This document shows positions 1 to 12,720 of a DNA stretch of 64,000 nucleotides, piece after piece. Origin of the DNA: Octopus sinensis (taxonomy: Eukaryota). Position 1 is the stretch's first letter; each line of letters begins with the position of its first letter. The DNA lies in the NCBI RefSeq assembly GCF_006345805.1, contig NC_042999.1, forward strand, positions 118,420,001-118,484,000. The letters are read 5' to 3'. The notes under the pieces are model-generated. The model was not told where the DNA came from, made no database searches, and saw only the letters and a program-made list of their open reading frames with translations. The position numbers and the translations under genes are program-made.

Positions 1-211
1 GTCTGTTGGAAGATGGAGAAATATTTAAGGAGGGTGAAATATCGAAGAAATGGAGGTGAAGTGGAGTGGAGATTTTCTTTATCTTCAATGTCTAAAGGGG
101 AAAAAATCTTTCTCATTATAACTAAGCTGGTGGTCAGTTCTATGTCGGAATATTTCTGGTTCACTACATCTAATCAAGATGATGTTTCATAATGGAAAAA
201 CCATGGAGATA

Positions 212-250
<39 letters not shown>

Positions 251-1452
251 CATAAGGGACAGAGAAATGAGAAAATAAAAGATTATTTCCATCTTATTTT
301 CAACTTTTGTTTTTAATTTTCTGTTTCCTTTCCTTGGTCTTACTAACACAAATATTATTATATTTTTCTCCTTTATTTTTCTTATGCGATCAATATTTTG
401 AAGAGGAAAAATATAAAGAATAAAACAGATGTCACTATATTACTAGCACTTGTTTTATCAACCCTTGAAGGGGAAAAAGGACAATGTTGAATCAGCTGGA
501 ACTCAGAATGAATATGAAATTGGTTATAGTCAGTTATCTAATTGTTAGTGTCTTTGTGTGATTTAATACGGTTATATCTGGTCCAAACATTCCATCTGTT
601 TTATGTTAAAACTGACCAGATCCAATCTCTCATACCTACCCTATAGTGTCATTCTAAAAATATAAAAATACACCATTGAAATCCTGAAGTTAGAAAATAA
701 TGCATGATTAATTCAAAACCATGTGAATAAATAAGCAATTTATTTGACAGAATAATCTAAATGCTAAAGGGTTAATAACTATGAACTGAGTACATTGGAC
801 AAAAGGTAAGCTTTTGGAGAGCTGAATCAGCGACTGAGATTTAATATCCAGTTAAGGCTGTGGCCATTTCGCACCACTTATATCACTAATGTTCTTTAAA
901 AATATATGAATGTCAGATAATCATTTAAATCCTTACCTATTATAAATCCAAATTCAATGGGTTCATGAAAGAAATCAGAATCAGTTAACTCAGCTTTAGC
1001 TTGGCTGTTATGCTTTTAGTAGTATCAACTAACTATGAAATCAAACTAACAACACAATCACGATCTTTAATATAACAAAACATGTTTGACTGTTACCATT
1101 TCAGCAAACTTAATTTTAGAATAAAATTAGACATGATCAAAGACAAGTAAATTTTTGAATTGCTGTTTTTACCATGCTAGGTAAACTGCTTAGTGACATT
1201 TCATCCATTTTCACATTCTGAGTTTAATTTCTGCCATGGTTGACTTTGCCTTTCATTATTTTGAAGTTGATAAATTAACACTATTTGAACACTGGATTCA
1301 ATGTAATCGACTTATCACTTCACCTAAAATTGCTGACCTTGTGCCAAAATTCGAAATTACTAAATATTGCTATTTATATATGTATTTCAATAAATTAAAA
1401 ATCCTCCTTAGAAGATAACCAAGATATATATTCTTTTTTTTTCTTAAATACA

Positions 1453-1602
<150 letters not shown>

Positions 1603-2038
1603 GGGTACAAGACATCAAAAAAGTGAACAAGAAGAGAAACGAAAACATGAAAAACAAAAACATGGAAAAACGAACATATTTTTCTAACAACAAAAGAAAC
1701 AAATAGAGAAACAAGACAGGCAACATAAAGAATATTCCCTTCATCAGTTGTCCCCTGTTCTATCTACTCTGCATTTTGAATGTAGAGACAATTTGAGTTA
1801 GGAAGAAAGAAAGATAGATAGCTAGCTGTTGGTCATGTGTGAGCAACGAGAGAGTCAAGGAGGAAGTGTAAGGGAGAGAGAGGGAATGGTGAAGGAGAGA
1901 GAAGAATTAGAGAAGGAGTGGGAGAGAAAAACAGAAAGGAAGAAGAACAAGAGAGGGAGATAGAATCAAGATAGTTGCAGAATACGCATTGGAATATATT
2001 AAGATAAAACTTACTTGGAAATGGATGTGTGGTGTTCG

Positions 2039-2100
<62 letters not shown>

Positions 2101-2301
2101 CTGTAAATATATATATGATGGACTTCTTTCAGTTTCTGTCTACGAAATCCACTCACAAGGTTTTGGTTAGCCTGAGGCTATAATAGAAGACACTTGCCCA
2201 AATGTCCACACAGTATGACTGAACCCTGAACCATGTGGTTGAGAAGCAAACTTTTTACCACACTGCCACACTTGTGCCCATATTACACAGCCACACCTTA
2301 C

Positions 2302-2531
2302 TTAACCCTTTCGATACCAACCCGGCTGAAACCAGCTCTGGTTCTGTAGTACAAATATCTTGCTTTCATAATTTTTGAATTAAAATCTTCCATCAAACCT
2401 TAGTCACAACTTATGTTCCTAACACTATCTTAATGAAAGCTGAGTTATTTTACTAAATTCTTTGTTATATTTAAAATTAATTGAAAGAAACACAGAGCAT
2501 CTCAAAATAAATACAGTAATGTAAGGGTTAA
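2302..2531 (+). mobile_element. piggyBac-type MITE (about 220 bp, TTAA duplication)
   Basis: TTAA|CCCTTTCG...TAAGGG|TTAA. Copies at 7060-7277(-), 30455-30676, 33112-33340(-), 33776-33982 and 60343-60562. Confidence 0.88.
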
Positions 2532-3427
2532 AGAGTTGCAGGGAGTGATATCAGTAAGCTAGCTATAAGGTCAAGTTTACTTATTCACGAAAGGTACAAA
2601 AAGTTGAATGCTTGCTAAAAATAAAAAATCATAAAATATTCTGTATTTCAAGGCTGTATGGTTGCTCAAATCAAAATATCATTAGTGAGAAATGCCTTTT
2701 TTATGTTGGTTCTCTTACATACCATAATGTAATTTGTGATTGGTGCAGCTTAACCTCAGGTCAACACTGATCAAATATATCTATGTTTAGTGCCATTCCA
2801 ATTGTGACAATCCCATCTCTTTTTCCTATTTCATTATTTTTTAGTGCTGAATGTTTCTAAAACATTCACATCCAATGTATTCCTTTTAAAAAGATGATAA
2901 GGTTTCAGGGAGATTTGACTGATACATTCACACACACACACACACACATACATACATACATAAATACATACATTCACAAAGGCACAATCACATACACACA
3001 CACACTAAGGAAAATGACCATATAAATGCTTCTGCATTAGTTCCTATTAATCAAAGGATATAAATGAGATAGTTAAAGCTTAAAATCTAGGGAAAGGACT
3101 GAAGGGCAAGTTTTAGGTGTTATTGCAAGTATGGTTAATGAGGCAATAAAGAAAAAAATCCGAGAAATTTCCAGATGAACAGAGATAATTGATGAGCTAC
3201 AAAAAGTGTTACACTCAATGCTGATGTGCTAAAATTGGTGTTGTAGTAGCTGTTTTAGGTTTATCAAGTTGTACATGAAGTTCTACCCAATTACAGGAAT
3301 AGTAAGAGATTTTTCTGGACAAATGAGATACTAAAGTTATATGTAACTAACAATATAAATGTTAGAAATATTGCATTTCTAAATCTCTCAAAGAGAGTTT
3401 TGCAGTAGCAGTAGCAGTATGATAAAG

Positions 3428-3918
3428 TGATGGCTTGTTGCCAACTTAATGTGGTAGTCATAGGAAAGGGGAAAATGCTACTGCTATTTAGCTCCAAGAA
3501 ACACTGTTTCTAGTTGGCTATGTGACACAAGCATTCTGTATCCTTAAGTTTTCAAACAGGGGAGATAATCACCTTCACCCAACAAAGCCAGTACCCAGAG
3601 ACTAGTTTCAGGGTAGTTGCTCTTCATCACTCTGGAGTAGCTTGGCTTTGCTGGCTGTCAGTGATAAATCACTGTTGAAAACTTATAGAATTTCAAGTGA
3701 AATAAATTCACTGATCTACAAAATTAGAAATATTGCATTTCTAAATCTCTCGGATGCTAGCTTTGTTGGGTGGAGGTGCTTATCTTCCTTGTTTGAAAAC
3801 TTAAGGACACAGAACGCTTGTCACGTAGCCAACTAGAAACGGTGTTTCTTGGAACTAAATAACAGTAGCATTCTTCCCTTTCCTGGGACTGCCACATTAA
3901 GCTGGCAAAAAGCCATCA
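3428..3918. repeat. Inverted repeat, about 170-bp arms (3428-3601 / 3748-3918), plus a 28-bp direct repeat
   Basis: The arms are reverse complements (e.g. tttctagttggcta/tagccaactagaaa). ttagaaatattgcatttctaaatctctc is identical at 3362-3389 and 3724-3751. Confidence 0.9.
3592..3639 (-). ncRNA. Minimal hammerhead ribozyme fold with C3G substitution (probably inactive)
   Basis: Minus strand reads tactccaga-GTGATGA-agagcaactaccct-GAAA-ctag-TC-tctgggta: stem I ccaga/tctgg, stem II agag/ccct, palindromic stem III ACTAGT, GTC triplet. Confidence 0.6.
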
Positions 3919-4189
3919 GTATAAATCACAGCTGGCAGAAAAGGGAAACGAACATGCAATCCAGTGAGAAAAGTATTAAAAATAACCGTTAACAGATATA
4001 TATATTGTTAGCTGCTAGGAACAATTGATCCACTTACACATTTAGTTTTCATTTGTAAAGGGTTCACTCTATTATTATCCAGTTTGTTCTGAGTAATGTA
4101 AGTTACAAGTAGTAGCTCATAGTCAGGAATTAACTTTACAAGCAAGTGTTCTTTAATTATATTTATTCAGAGTAATCTTTAAGATATGC

Positions 4190-4700
4190 TGATGAAATGC
4201 ATACAGTGGAATTTCATTGTCTTCTTAGAATAACTTTTGCTCAACGTTTAGAAAGGAAGTTAATAGGAATTCATTATTGTGTATTGAGTTGAAACAAAAT
4301 TTACAGAAGCTGTGCAAGATTTCTGTCAGACTGACACAGAGAACTAGAAATTTAGAAATTTAGTTGCCTCTGCTATGGCAACTGGCAGAATATACAACTG
4401 TAGAGAAATAGACAGTTGGTAAAGAGAGTACAAGTTAAAACAGCAAGACTATATTTCTTATGATCATCTACTGTATAATGAAATGTATAGAGCTGCAGGT
4501 TTGCATTCAAACAAGGTTGATAAGAGGTGGATAGATGAGTGAGTCAGTTTTATATAAGTGGTGGCAGTTCAAGACCTGTCTACATCAAGTAATACAAGCC
4601 ATTATGGAGATCATGCTATTATGTAGTCATTCAGCTGATGTGCTACATGCCATAAGCTGGCATAATCAGAGTTGACCTGGAGCTTTATAGAAACAACAAA
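4190..4700 (+). mobile_element. Very decayed RTE-like 3' remnant
   Basis: KRWIDE motif near 4521-4538 and a (CAA)-like tail. Confidence 0.35.
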
Positions 4701-6054
4701 AGAAGACAATAAATATCTTGTGAATTCAAGATAGGTCACCAATGTCTTAATATAAATTGTAAAGATGTTGATGATGAGAGGAATACTTCAGTTATTAGTT
4801 TGTTTTTGTTTTTTTGTTTTTTTGCAAAATAAGATAAATATGTGTGAAGAAATTAACCTAATTGTATGCCACACAGAAGATTGACACAGAGTTTGAAAAA
4901 GACAAACAAGAAAACAACTTTAATAATAACTTTTAAATAATCATTAATTAAAAGTTTTTCTGCATCTATACAAATTGAACAAAGAAAACATGCTCTAGTA
5001 TTATCTCACTAAATAATTGGTGCTAAAAATATTAGAATAATTAAGCATATGAATTCTTAGGTATTTAGCATGGACTCATATTGTTCTGCATTTATGAGGA
5101 AGAATAGAAAAAGTTACTTGAAGTGTAAATGAGAATTAAACAAGAACTAAATTTTTACCAATTTCCTACTTTTTCACGGTGAAAAATTTGTCTCAGAACT
5201 AAAGACATTACAGTGAATTGGTGTTCATGAACTGAAAAAGAATTATAAAGCAGTAATGTACAGTAACAAGAATATTTTGGATGAACAAAATAATGTTCCA
5301 TGTTCAGTTATGCTTGAATGAGCTGCCATTAGAATTGTTACAGTTAATTTGTTAAACCGAAATGATTGAATAATGTTTAAACAGAAAGTTTGGCATGTTT
5401 GCATATGATTATGAACACAAAACAGTATCATAATTATGTGGAAGTGTGTGTGTGTGTGTGTGCAAGTCATTATGCAAACTGGTGGTATCTTCTTTAGCAG
5501 ACTGATACTGACATGGTTAAAGATTTTCCCATCTGTTTATTGTTGAAAATGGGCTACGACTGTCTTGAATTCCACACCAAAATAAGTTTGTTCTATTGTT
5601 ATGTTTCATAACAAAATACTTTTTGTTCTTTTGGGAGAAACCAATTGCTTGATTTATTATATGGGTTCTTTCTTTTATGTTAGAGAATAAAATACATGGT
5701 AACAATAAGAACAAGTCTAGCATAGTTTTCAGCCAATACAAATGTATTTCTAAGTCTTCATTGTATTCAGTTTTGTTTTAATCCAATGGAATTACATCTA
5801 ACATAGTTGAATTCCTTTATTTGTAGCTGAACTATGATTTAAAAGATTATTATATATTTATATATATTATATATATATTATATTATATTTATATATATTA
5901 TATATATTTATATATATTATATTATATAAACTGTTAATGTGAGTCACAGAAGCAAATACGTAAGGATAAAAGTAGTAGAATATGCTACAAATTGCTCAGA
6001 TAACTCCCTAAACATAACTATTAGTTTTTATTCCTCAGATTATTAATCATTTTA

Positions 6055-6469
6055 GGCATAGAAGGGGCTGTGTGGTAAGTAGCTTGCTTACCAACCACAT
6101 GGTTCTGGGTTCAATCCCACTGCATGGCACCTTAAGCAAGTGTCTTCTACTATAGCCTCGGGTTGACCAAAGCCTTGTGAGTGGATTTGGTAGACGAAAA
6201 CTGCAAGAAGCCCGTTGTATATATGTATGTATATATATATATGTGTGTATGTGTGTTGTTTGTGTGTCTGTGTTTGTTCCCCCAACATCGCTTGACAACC
6301 GATGCTGGTGTGTTTACGTCCCCGTAACTTAGCGGTTTTGCAAAAGAGATGGATAGAATAAGTACTAAGCTTACAAAGATAAAGTCCTGAGGTCGATTTG
6401 CTCAACTAAAGGTGGTGCTCCAGCATAGCCACAATCAAATGACTGAAACAAATAAAAGAATAAAAGAAT
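6055..6469 (+). mobile_element. tRNA-derived SINE family A (internal TA/TG microsatellite)
   Basis: A-box-like ggctgtgtggt, B box ggttcaatccc, tail ccagcatagccacaatcaaatgactgaaac; closely similar copies at 11845-12228 and 43544-43957. Confidence 0.9.
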
Positions 6470-9400
6470 CTAGTGGTTATTAAAGGTATTAGTGTCAGAC
6501 AATTTTACTTTTAGTGGAATAAGTAAGGATAGAAGAAGGTTAGTATGATGTTGCTACTTTTTTAGTTCCAAGTGATGCGATCACAGAATAGATTTTGATG
6601 TTCTCACTGTGACAAACATGTCTTTTGATATATTCCATTCAAGGGAGATATGATTACTATTTCTAGTGAGTTGAAGGGCTTTTTTAGTTACTTAACGTTC
6701 AATAAATTATTCTGTTTGCAATAAAATGTCACTCTCTCCTCCCCACCTCACCCCAGAACCATTTGTTAATGTGTGATGATTGGGAATTGATTTGAGGAAT
6801 ATGATGCTTGATTATCTTGATTATGACATGCTAAAGATAAAGTTGCATGAGCAGTGAAGTGCAAGAAAACTGGAACAAAATGGAAATTAAAAGCAACAAC
6901 CAATGTGCACAGGATACAAAAAAATCTCAACTAATATGACCATGTCATGCATATGGATATCTTCTGGCTGAAAACATAAAATGTACTGATAGTGAAAATA
7001 TTCCTGGAGAGAGGAATATCAAGAAAGAAATAGAAATAAGTATCTGTTGATATAATATCTTAACCCTTTTGTTACCATATTTATTTTGAGATGCTATGTG
7101 TTTCTTTCAATTATTTTAAATATAACAAAGAATTTAATAAAATAACTTAGTTATCATTAAGCTAGCGTTAGGAACATAAACTGTGACTAAGGTTTGGTGG
7201 AAGATTTTAATTCAAAACTTATGAAAACAAGGCATTTACACTGCAGAGCCAGAGCTGGTTGGTATCGAAAGGGGTAGGCTGCAGGCTGGCAGAATTGTTA
7301 GCATGTTGGACAAAATGCTTAGCAGCATTTCATTCAGCTTTATGTTCTGAGTTCAAATTCTGCTGAAGTTGAACATGATCATGATAATAATGATTATAGT
7401 GGTAGTGGTGGTGGTGGTGGTGATGGTGAATGAGTTATATTACAGTCTTGCTCAAATCAACCCATTTAGGCAAAAAAATGAACATTATGAAGATAGCAAT
7501 GAGATCAATAATTGTTATTATCCTTATCACCATAAATCATATAAACGTAATTCTAAAGAACTAGCTTTTAATTTTTCTACATCTATATATTTAAGATATT
7601 TCATACTAAGAGACAAAGCCATCATTGCTAGTTTTATTTCATTTAATAGAACGCTTTGTAGTTAATGTAGTGTAACAAAGTAAAATAGTTAGACAATACA
7701 TAAGAAGAACATCACGTTCAAATACAATATTATCTACATAGTATATTCTGATACTATGCATAATAAAATTTTGGGGATATGCTCTAATTCGGTGGTGGAC
7801 TTCCCTTCTGATTAGCTTATCTGTATATTGACAATGTTTCCATTTTAAAATGATGTACAACTCTTTTAAAGTTATCTCTCTAGTTTTAATATTCAACAGA
7901 TGTGATTTCATTTACAGATATTTGTCTATTCTTCCATTTTAGTTAACAAATTTCTTTTCTTTATACTCAGTAAATGGAGATAAAAGAAACATCTTAGATA
8001 TTTAAATACTTAAATATTTAGAAATACTCCCAGTCAGTAAAACATTTCCTTAACAAATCCTTTTCATTGATTTACAGAATCCATTGTTGAGATATATTTC
8101 AAAACCATTTCAGATTGTTCAAGAGATCTTAGCAGCTTATGCCTTTTAGCATAATATACTTGCCTTCAGCTGAATTAATTAGATTTCCTCATTATGTCTT
8201 TGAAATATCGACATTTTATTATCTGAAATGTTGCAGGCATAATAATGGTCATATATGATCACAGATTCTGATGCGGAAACAAAAAGAATCTAAGGAGATT
8301 AATGAGGAATGACATAAACTTTTATTAAAAAAATAAAAACCAGAAGTGTTTGATAACAGACTGTTTGTAATGTTAATACACACTGCTAAGTTACATATTG
8401 TGAAGGTAGACTTAATTCTTTTATAGTTGGCAAATGTCTCCTACCTTACTGTGAAAATATGTATAAGTTAATAATCAGTATTTCTCTATCTTACATTATT
8501 ACCATTAATAACATCAGGTTTCTTGATGTATTTATCAATGGATCATTAGAGTTATTAACTTCAAAAGTATACAAATATGTTGACTGCTGCTGCTCAGTAT
8601 TGCACAGTTACTCATTGAATATCCAGAGCAGAAGAGCAAGGATTATTTTGTTTGGATAACTGATTGCTTAAATAGCTGATTTGATTGTAAAGAAAGAATG
8701 TCATGTACAACATAATTATATAAAATACATGTTTATGAGAATTTAGTGTTTTGGATTAAAAAATATATTCTTGTGCAATCCTGCTTCACATACATCCCTT
8801 TCCAATCCATGCAAGTATGGAAAAACATGTATTAAATGAACAAGTACTTGTTTATTATATGTATGTATTCATATATGTGTGTGTGCATGTAGCACACACA
8901 TATATATGTATATATATATATATGTATATATGTATGTATGTATTCATGTACGTATGTATGTGTGTGTGTGTGTGTAATTTGGTGAAGCAAATAGGGAAAC
9001 AGAACTCAAATAATATGTATAACTCCTACAAAATGTGTTGAGTGCCTTTTTCTTTTGTTTTTCCACTCACATGTTTAAGGCTCAGATGAAACTGTAAGGT
9101 GTTACTCAAGCATTCATCTATGAGTTTCATCACATCTTAAGGTGGAAATAATCATTTATTCCTGGGCCAAATCATCTTGCATGTCACAATTTTTGGGAAT
9201 AGCTTCTATCATAGGATGCTCGTTGTATTGCCAACCACAATACAGCATGTTCTGTATGCATTCTGTAATGGTACCAGCACTAGCGAGGTTATCTTATCTG
9301 TGGCAAAACCTAAAGAAACCTCTATGATCTTTGATTTCTCTGTTCATTCACTAATTGGCATCAGAGAGTTTGTTTCAATCTTGGTAAGACTAAAAAGCAT

Positions 9401-9807
9401 CTCCTCTTTCCTGTGTTGTCATGGTCATTTACATGTTCCTTTCTTTTCCAACCGGCTTGATAGGAAGAGAAACAGAAGAGATCTAGCATGATAGACATAA
9501 GTATCCAAGAGGAGAAAGAGAAAGAGGTACTATGAGTAAGGAGGCTGAATAAAACCATCATGTATATGCATACTGTATGTGTATTTATGTACATGTTTCC
9601 AAACCAAAGTTAAATACCATTTTGTCAATGCCATAACTTAGCAGTTTGAAGAATATTGCTGTTGATGTGAATGACTAAATCCCTTGAGGGTAGTACTTCA
9701 GCAAGGCCAGAGTCCAGTCATTGTTATCAGTGAATGACTAAAAAAGAATGACATTCTATAAATCTCTATTTATGATACATAATTTTCAATCAAAATTATG
9801 GTTGAGT

Positions 9808-9920
9808 TTAACTTTTAGCACACTAGGTGCATTGTGTCACCGTAGAAGTTTTCTCCCCTGTAATAACAGGACAGTGGCAGGGGGAAAATTCTAGAAAAAA
9901 TGCAGTGTGCTAAAAGTTAA
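9808..9920. mobile_element. 113-bp TTAA-flanked hairpin mini-MITE
   Basis: Perfect 17-bp inverted ends ttaacttttagcacact / agtgtgctaaaagttaa plus inner inverted blocks. Confidence 0.7.
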
Positions 9921-10114
9921 TATGCAATATTGGGTAGCAAAATATGTCCTCATCTACTTTTATTAAAAAAAAACAGTATTCATAGTCCTTTTTCCATTTG
10001 GTTTTAATTAGATATTTATATATTTTATATAAAACTAGATAATAAAACTATTATATTGGATTATAGTAGATTATCTGTTTCTGTAGGCATTGTGTAAGAA
10101 TGAATTATATAGTG

Positions 10115-10329
10115 TGGTGAGCTGGTGGAATCGTTAGCATGCTGGGCGAAATGCTTAGTGGTATTTTGTCTGCTGTTATGCTCTGAGTTCAAATTCCACC
10201 GAGGTCGATTTTGCCTTTTATCCTTTTAGGGTCAATAAATTAAGTACCAGTTGCGTACTGGGGTCGATCTAATCGACTGGGCCACCCTCGCTAAAAATTT
10301 TGGTCCTTGTGCCTAGAGTATAAAAGAAT
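10115..10329 (+). mobile_element. tRNA-derived SINE family B with Nin/Deu-like central domain
   Basis: A box agctggtggaatcgt, B box gagttcaaattcc, core gcctttt(c)atcctttt(c)gggtcaataaattaagtacc. Relatives at 1170-1355, 7285-7373, 23731-23945, 33585-33765(-), 34238-34440 and 62025-62362(-). Confidence 0.8.
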
Positions 10330-10333
10330 TATA

Positions 10334-10550
10334 CAGGGTCTCTATAATTTGTCTTTACAACTGAAAAATTCAAGAAACAAAACATGAAAATCTAAGGATA
10401 ACTCAGCAGAATTTATTGACAAACAAATAGCATTTTATTAGAAACATTAGAAAACTTCGAAGTGGACTTCATTGGTTGGATGCAACACATCTAGACTATA
10501 CAATACAATAAATTGTGTAAGTTGTAAAGATAATTTATGAAAACCATCTA
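10334..10550. mobile_element. Tc1/mariner-like MITE
   Basis: Imperfect TIRs cagggtctctataatttgtctttacaact / agttgtaaagataatttatgaaaaccatcta, with TA at both ends. Confidence 0.55.
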
Positions 10551-11088
10551 TACGGTATTAAAATTCAGACAATTTAGGTTTAAAAATTTAGATGCATATT
10601 TTACATGGATTTTCGTAATGCTTTAAATCACTAACCAGCATTCATTCTGTCATTCATTCCAAGTGGTACAATTCTATGATGGCAAAGATTTATGTAATTT
10701 TCTTTTTAGATCAATAGTAACAACATAACTCATTAGACATCATAGTGATTTATGATGGAACATTTTCTATAGTAAAGAAAATCAATTATAAATGTATGAT
10801 ATAGAAGGTTACAAGAGTTAAAAGAAATTATCTATTGTCCATAGATTATGATTATACAATGCTGAAGACTAGGAATGAAAGACATAATAACCACTAGAAT
10901 TTTACTTTGAACTATCAATGTGAGAGGGGGGAATATATCCACACCAAGGAAACTGCCTTGAAATTCATACACATATGAGCACATATATACACACACACAT
11001 GTGCACATGAGTGTGTGTGTGTGTGTGTATCATGAAGAAAAGTTCAATATTTGGATGGTTATGTAAATCAGAGGGGTGAAGGGTGATC

Positions 11089-11196
11089 AGTAAATTCCAC
11101 CATGGTAAATTCCATCATGGAAAATTCCACCAAGTAAATTTCACCATAGGTAAATTCCACCACAGTATATTCCACAATGGTAATTTACACCATGTG
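11089..11196. repeat. Minisatellite, about 7 copies of a 15-bp unit GTAAATTCCACCATG
   Basis: Directly visible tandem units. Confidence 0.9.
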
Positions 11197-11197
11197 A

Positions 11198-11240
<43 letters not shown>

Positions 11241-11243
<3 letters not shown>

Positions 11244-11799
11244 GCCCTGATGCAGTACCAGGCAGTGGTTCTTGTGGCTTCTGATCTTAACTGATTGGAA
11301 GTTTTATCATGTACATTGTTTTGTCTTGGTATAAACGATGGGCTACAGCAAATATTCTGCTCAATACCACAGATTTGCTTGTCAGTTGTTTGACCTTAAC
11401 CAGTTGAGCATGTCCCTTAGTGGCTGACGATATGTGCATCTCTGATCACGAGCAGGAGTATATGGGGGAGCATCATAGCCATGTGTTGAGAGGGATTCTT
11501 TGGGGTTTGAATAATTCACCTCTGGAAACATGGGTGTTTCGTTCAACATCCTTAAACAATCCTTATTCAGGGACCTTTTGAGCGGGATGGGCTACTCAAC
11601 CTGAAGAAAATTCTAACTGGGCCCCACCTGCAAGGTCATGTGCTGTTTATCTTGATTTGAGATCACCATGTCGTGCACATATGGTTGTGATGCATGTGCC
11701 TGGTGTACCCTTATCAGACGGGTAGTCATGATGGGTATATTGGGCTTCGTATATTTTACCCCAGTGTCACTTTGATGGCATGAACTGCTCTCTCACTCA
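11241..11799. mobile_element. About 560-bp non-coding insertion inside an (AAT)n microsatellite
   Basis: Higher-GC block bounded on both sides by (AAT)n in the same orientation; no ORF. Confidence 0.6.
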
Positions 11800-11844
11800 A
11801 TAATAATAATAATAATAATAATTATTATTATTATTATTATTATC

Positions 11845-12228
11845 ATTCTTTTTCTTTTACTTGTTTCAGTCATTTGACTGTGGCCATGTTGGAGCACCAC
11901 CTTTAGTTGAGCAAATCAACTCCAGGACTTATTCTTTGTGAGCCTAGTGCTTATTCTGTTGGTCTCTTTTGCCGAAGTGCTAAGTTACGGGGACGTAAAT
12001 GCACCAGTATCGGTTGTCAAGCGATGTTGGGGAGACAAATACAGACACACACATATACATACATACAATGGGCTTCTTTCAGTTTCCGTCTACCAAATCC
12101 ACTTACAAGGCTTTGGTCAGCTCAAAGCTATAGTAGAAGACACTTGCCCTAGGTGCCATGCAGTGGGACTGAACCCGGAACCATGTGGTTGGGAAGCAAG
12201 CTACTTACCACACAGCCACTCCTGCGCC
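11845..12228 (-). mobile_element. SINE family A copy
   Basis: Full-length reverse-complement copy of 6055-6469. Confidence 0.9.
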
Positions 12229-12279
<51 letters not shown>

Positions 12280-12334
12280 CATCATCATCATCATCATTAT
12301 TATTATTATTATCATTATTATTATTATTATATGA

Positions 12335-12718
12335 TATTATGGATATAAAAAAAGAATGTATGAAAATAATATCAGAAACGTCAATGAATACAAAAAATAT
12401 GAGGGAGAAAAAATAATAAAGGAACAATCACACAAAGAAATACATGGTGAATACTTTAAACACCTGAATAAGGAATCAGTATCAAAAAGAGACTCATTGA
12501 AATTTATAAAAAAAATAGCAAATACTCAATGAGAGATAGAAATATTATACAGTGTTTACAAGACAGAAACAACTACTGTAGAGGGAAAAAAGGCATGCAG
12601 GTATTGTAAAATACAAAGGAAATATCGACCATATGGCAATATAATGTGGAAAAATAGCACACACGAAATATAGAGAGACACAATGAGATAGTCAAGATAA
12701 TCTTTGTGAACCTACTAG
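12335..12718 (+). mobile_element. R4/Dong-like LINE fragment following a (TAT/CAT)n tract
   Basis: KEIHGEY, CRYCK and KYRERHNEIVKII motifs. Confidence 0.55.
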
Positions 12719-12720
12719 AG

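Noticed and set aside
1725-1790. Minus-strand CTGATGA in a Penelope-like fragment
   Set aside because: No matching GAAA or stem architecture in this copy.
6055-6130. tRNA gene at the SINE heads
   Set aside because: A and B boxes are present but there is no complete cloverleaf, and the sequence continues into the SINE body in multiple copies.
7639-8270. Possible coding remnant (90-aa minus-strand ORF)
   Set aside because: No recognisable motif or splice signals, so it could not be classified.
11089-11196. CRISPR-like array
   Set aside because: Units are directly adjacent with no unique spacers, the context is eukaryotic, and there are no cas genes.
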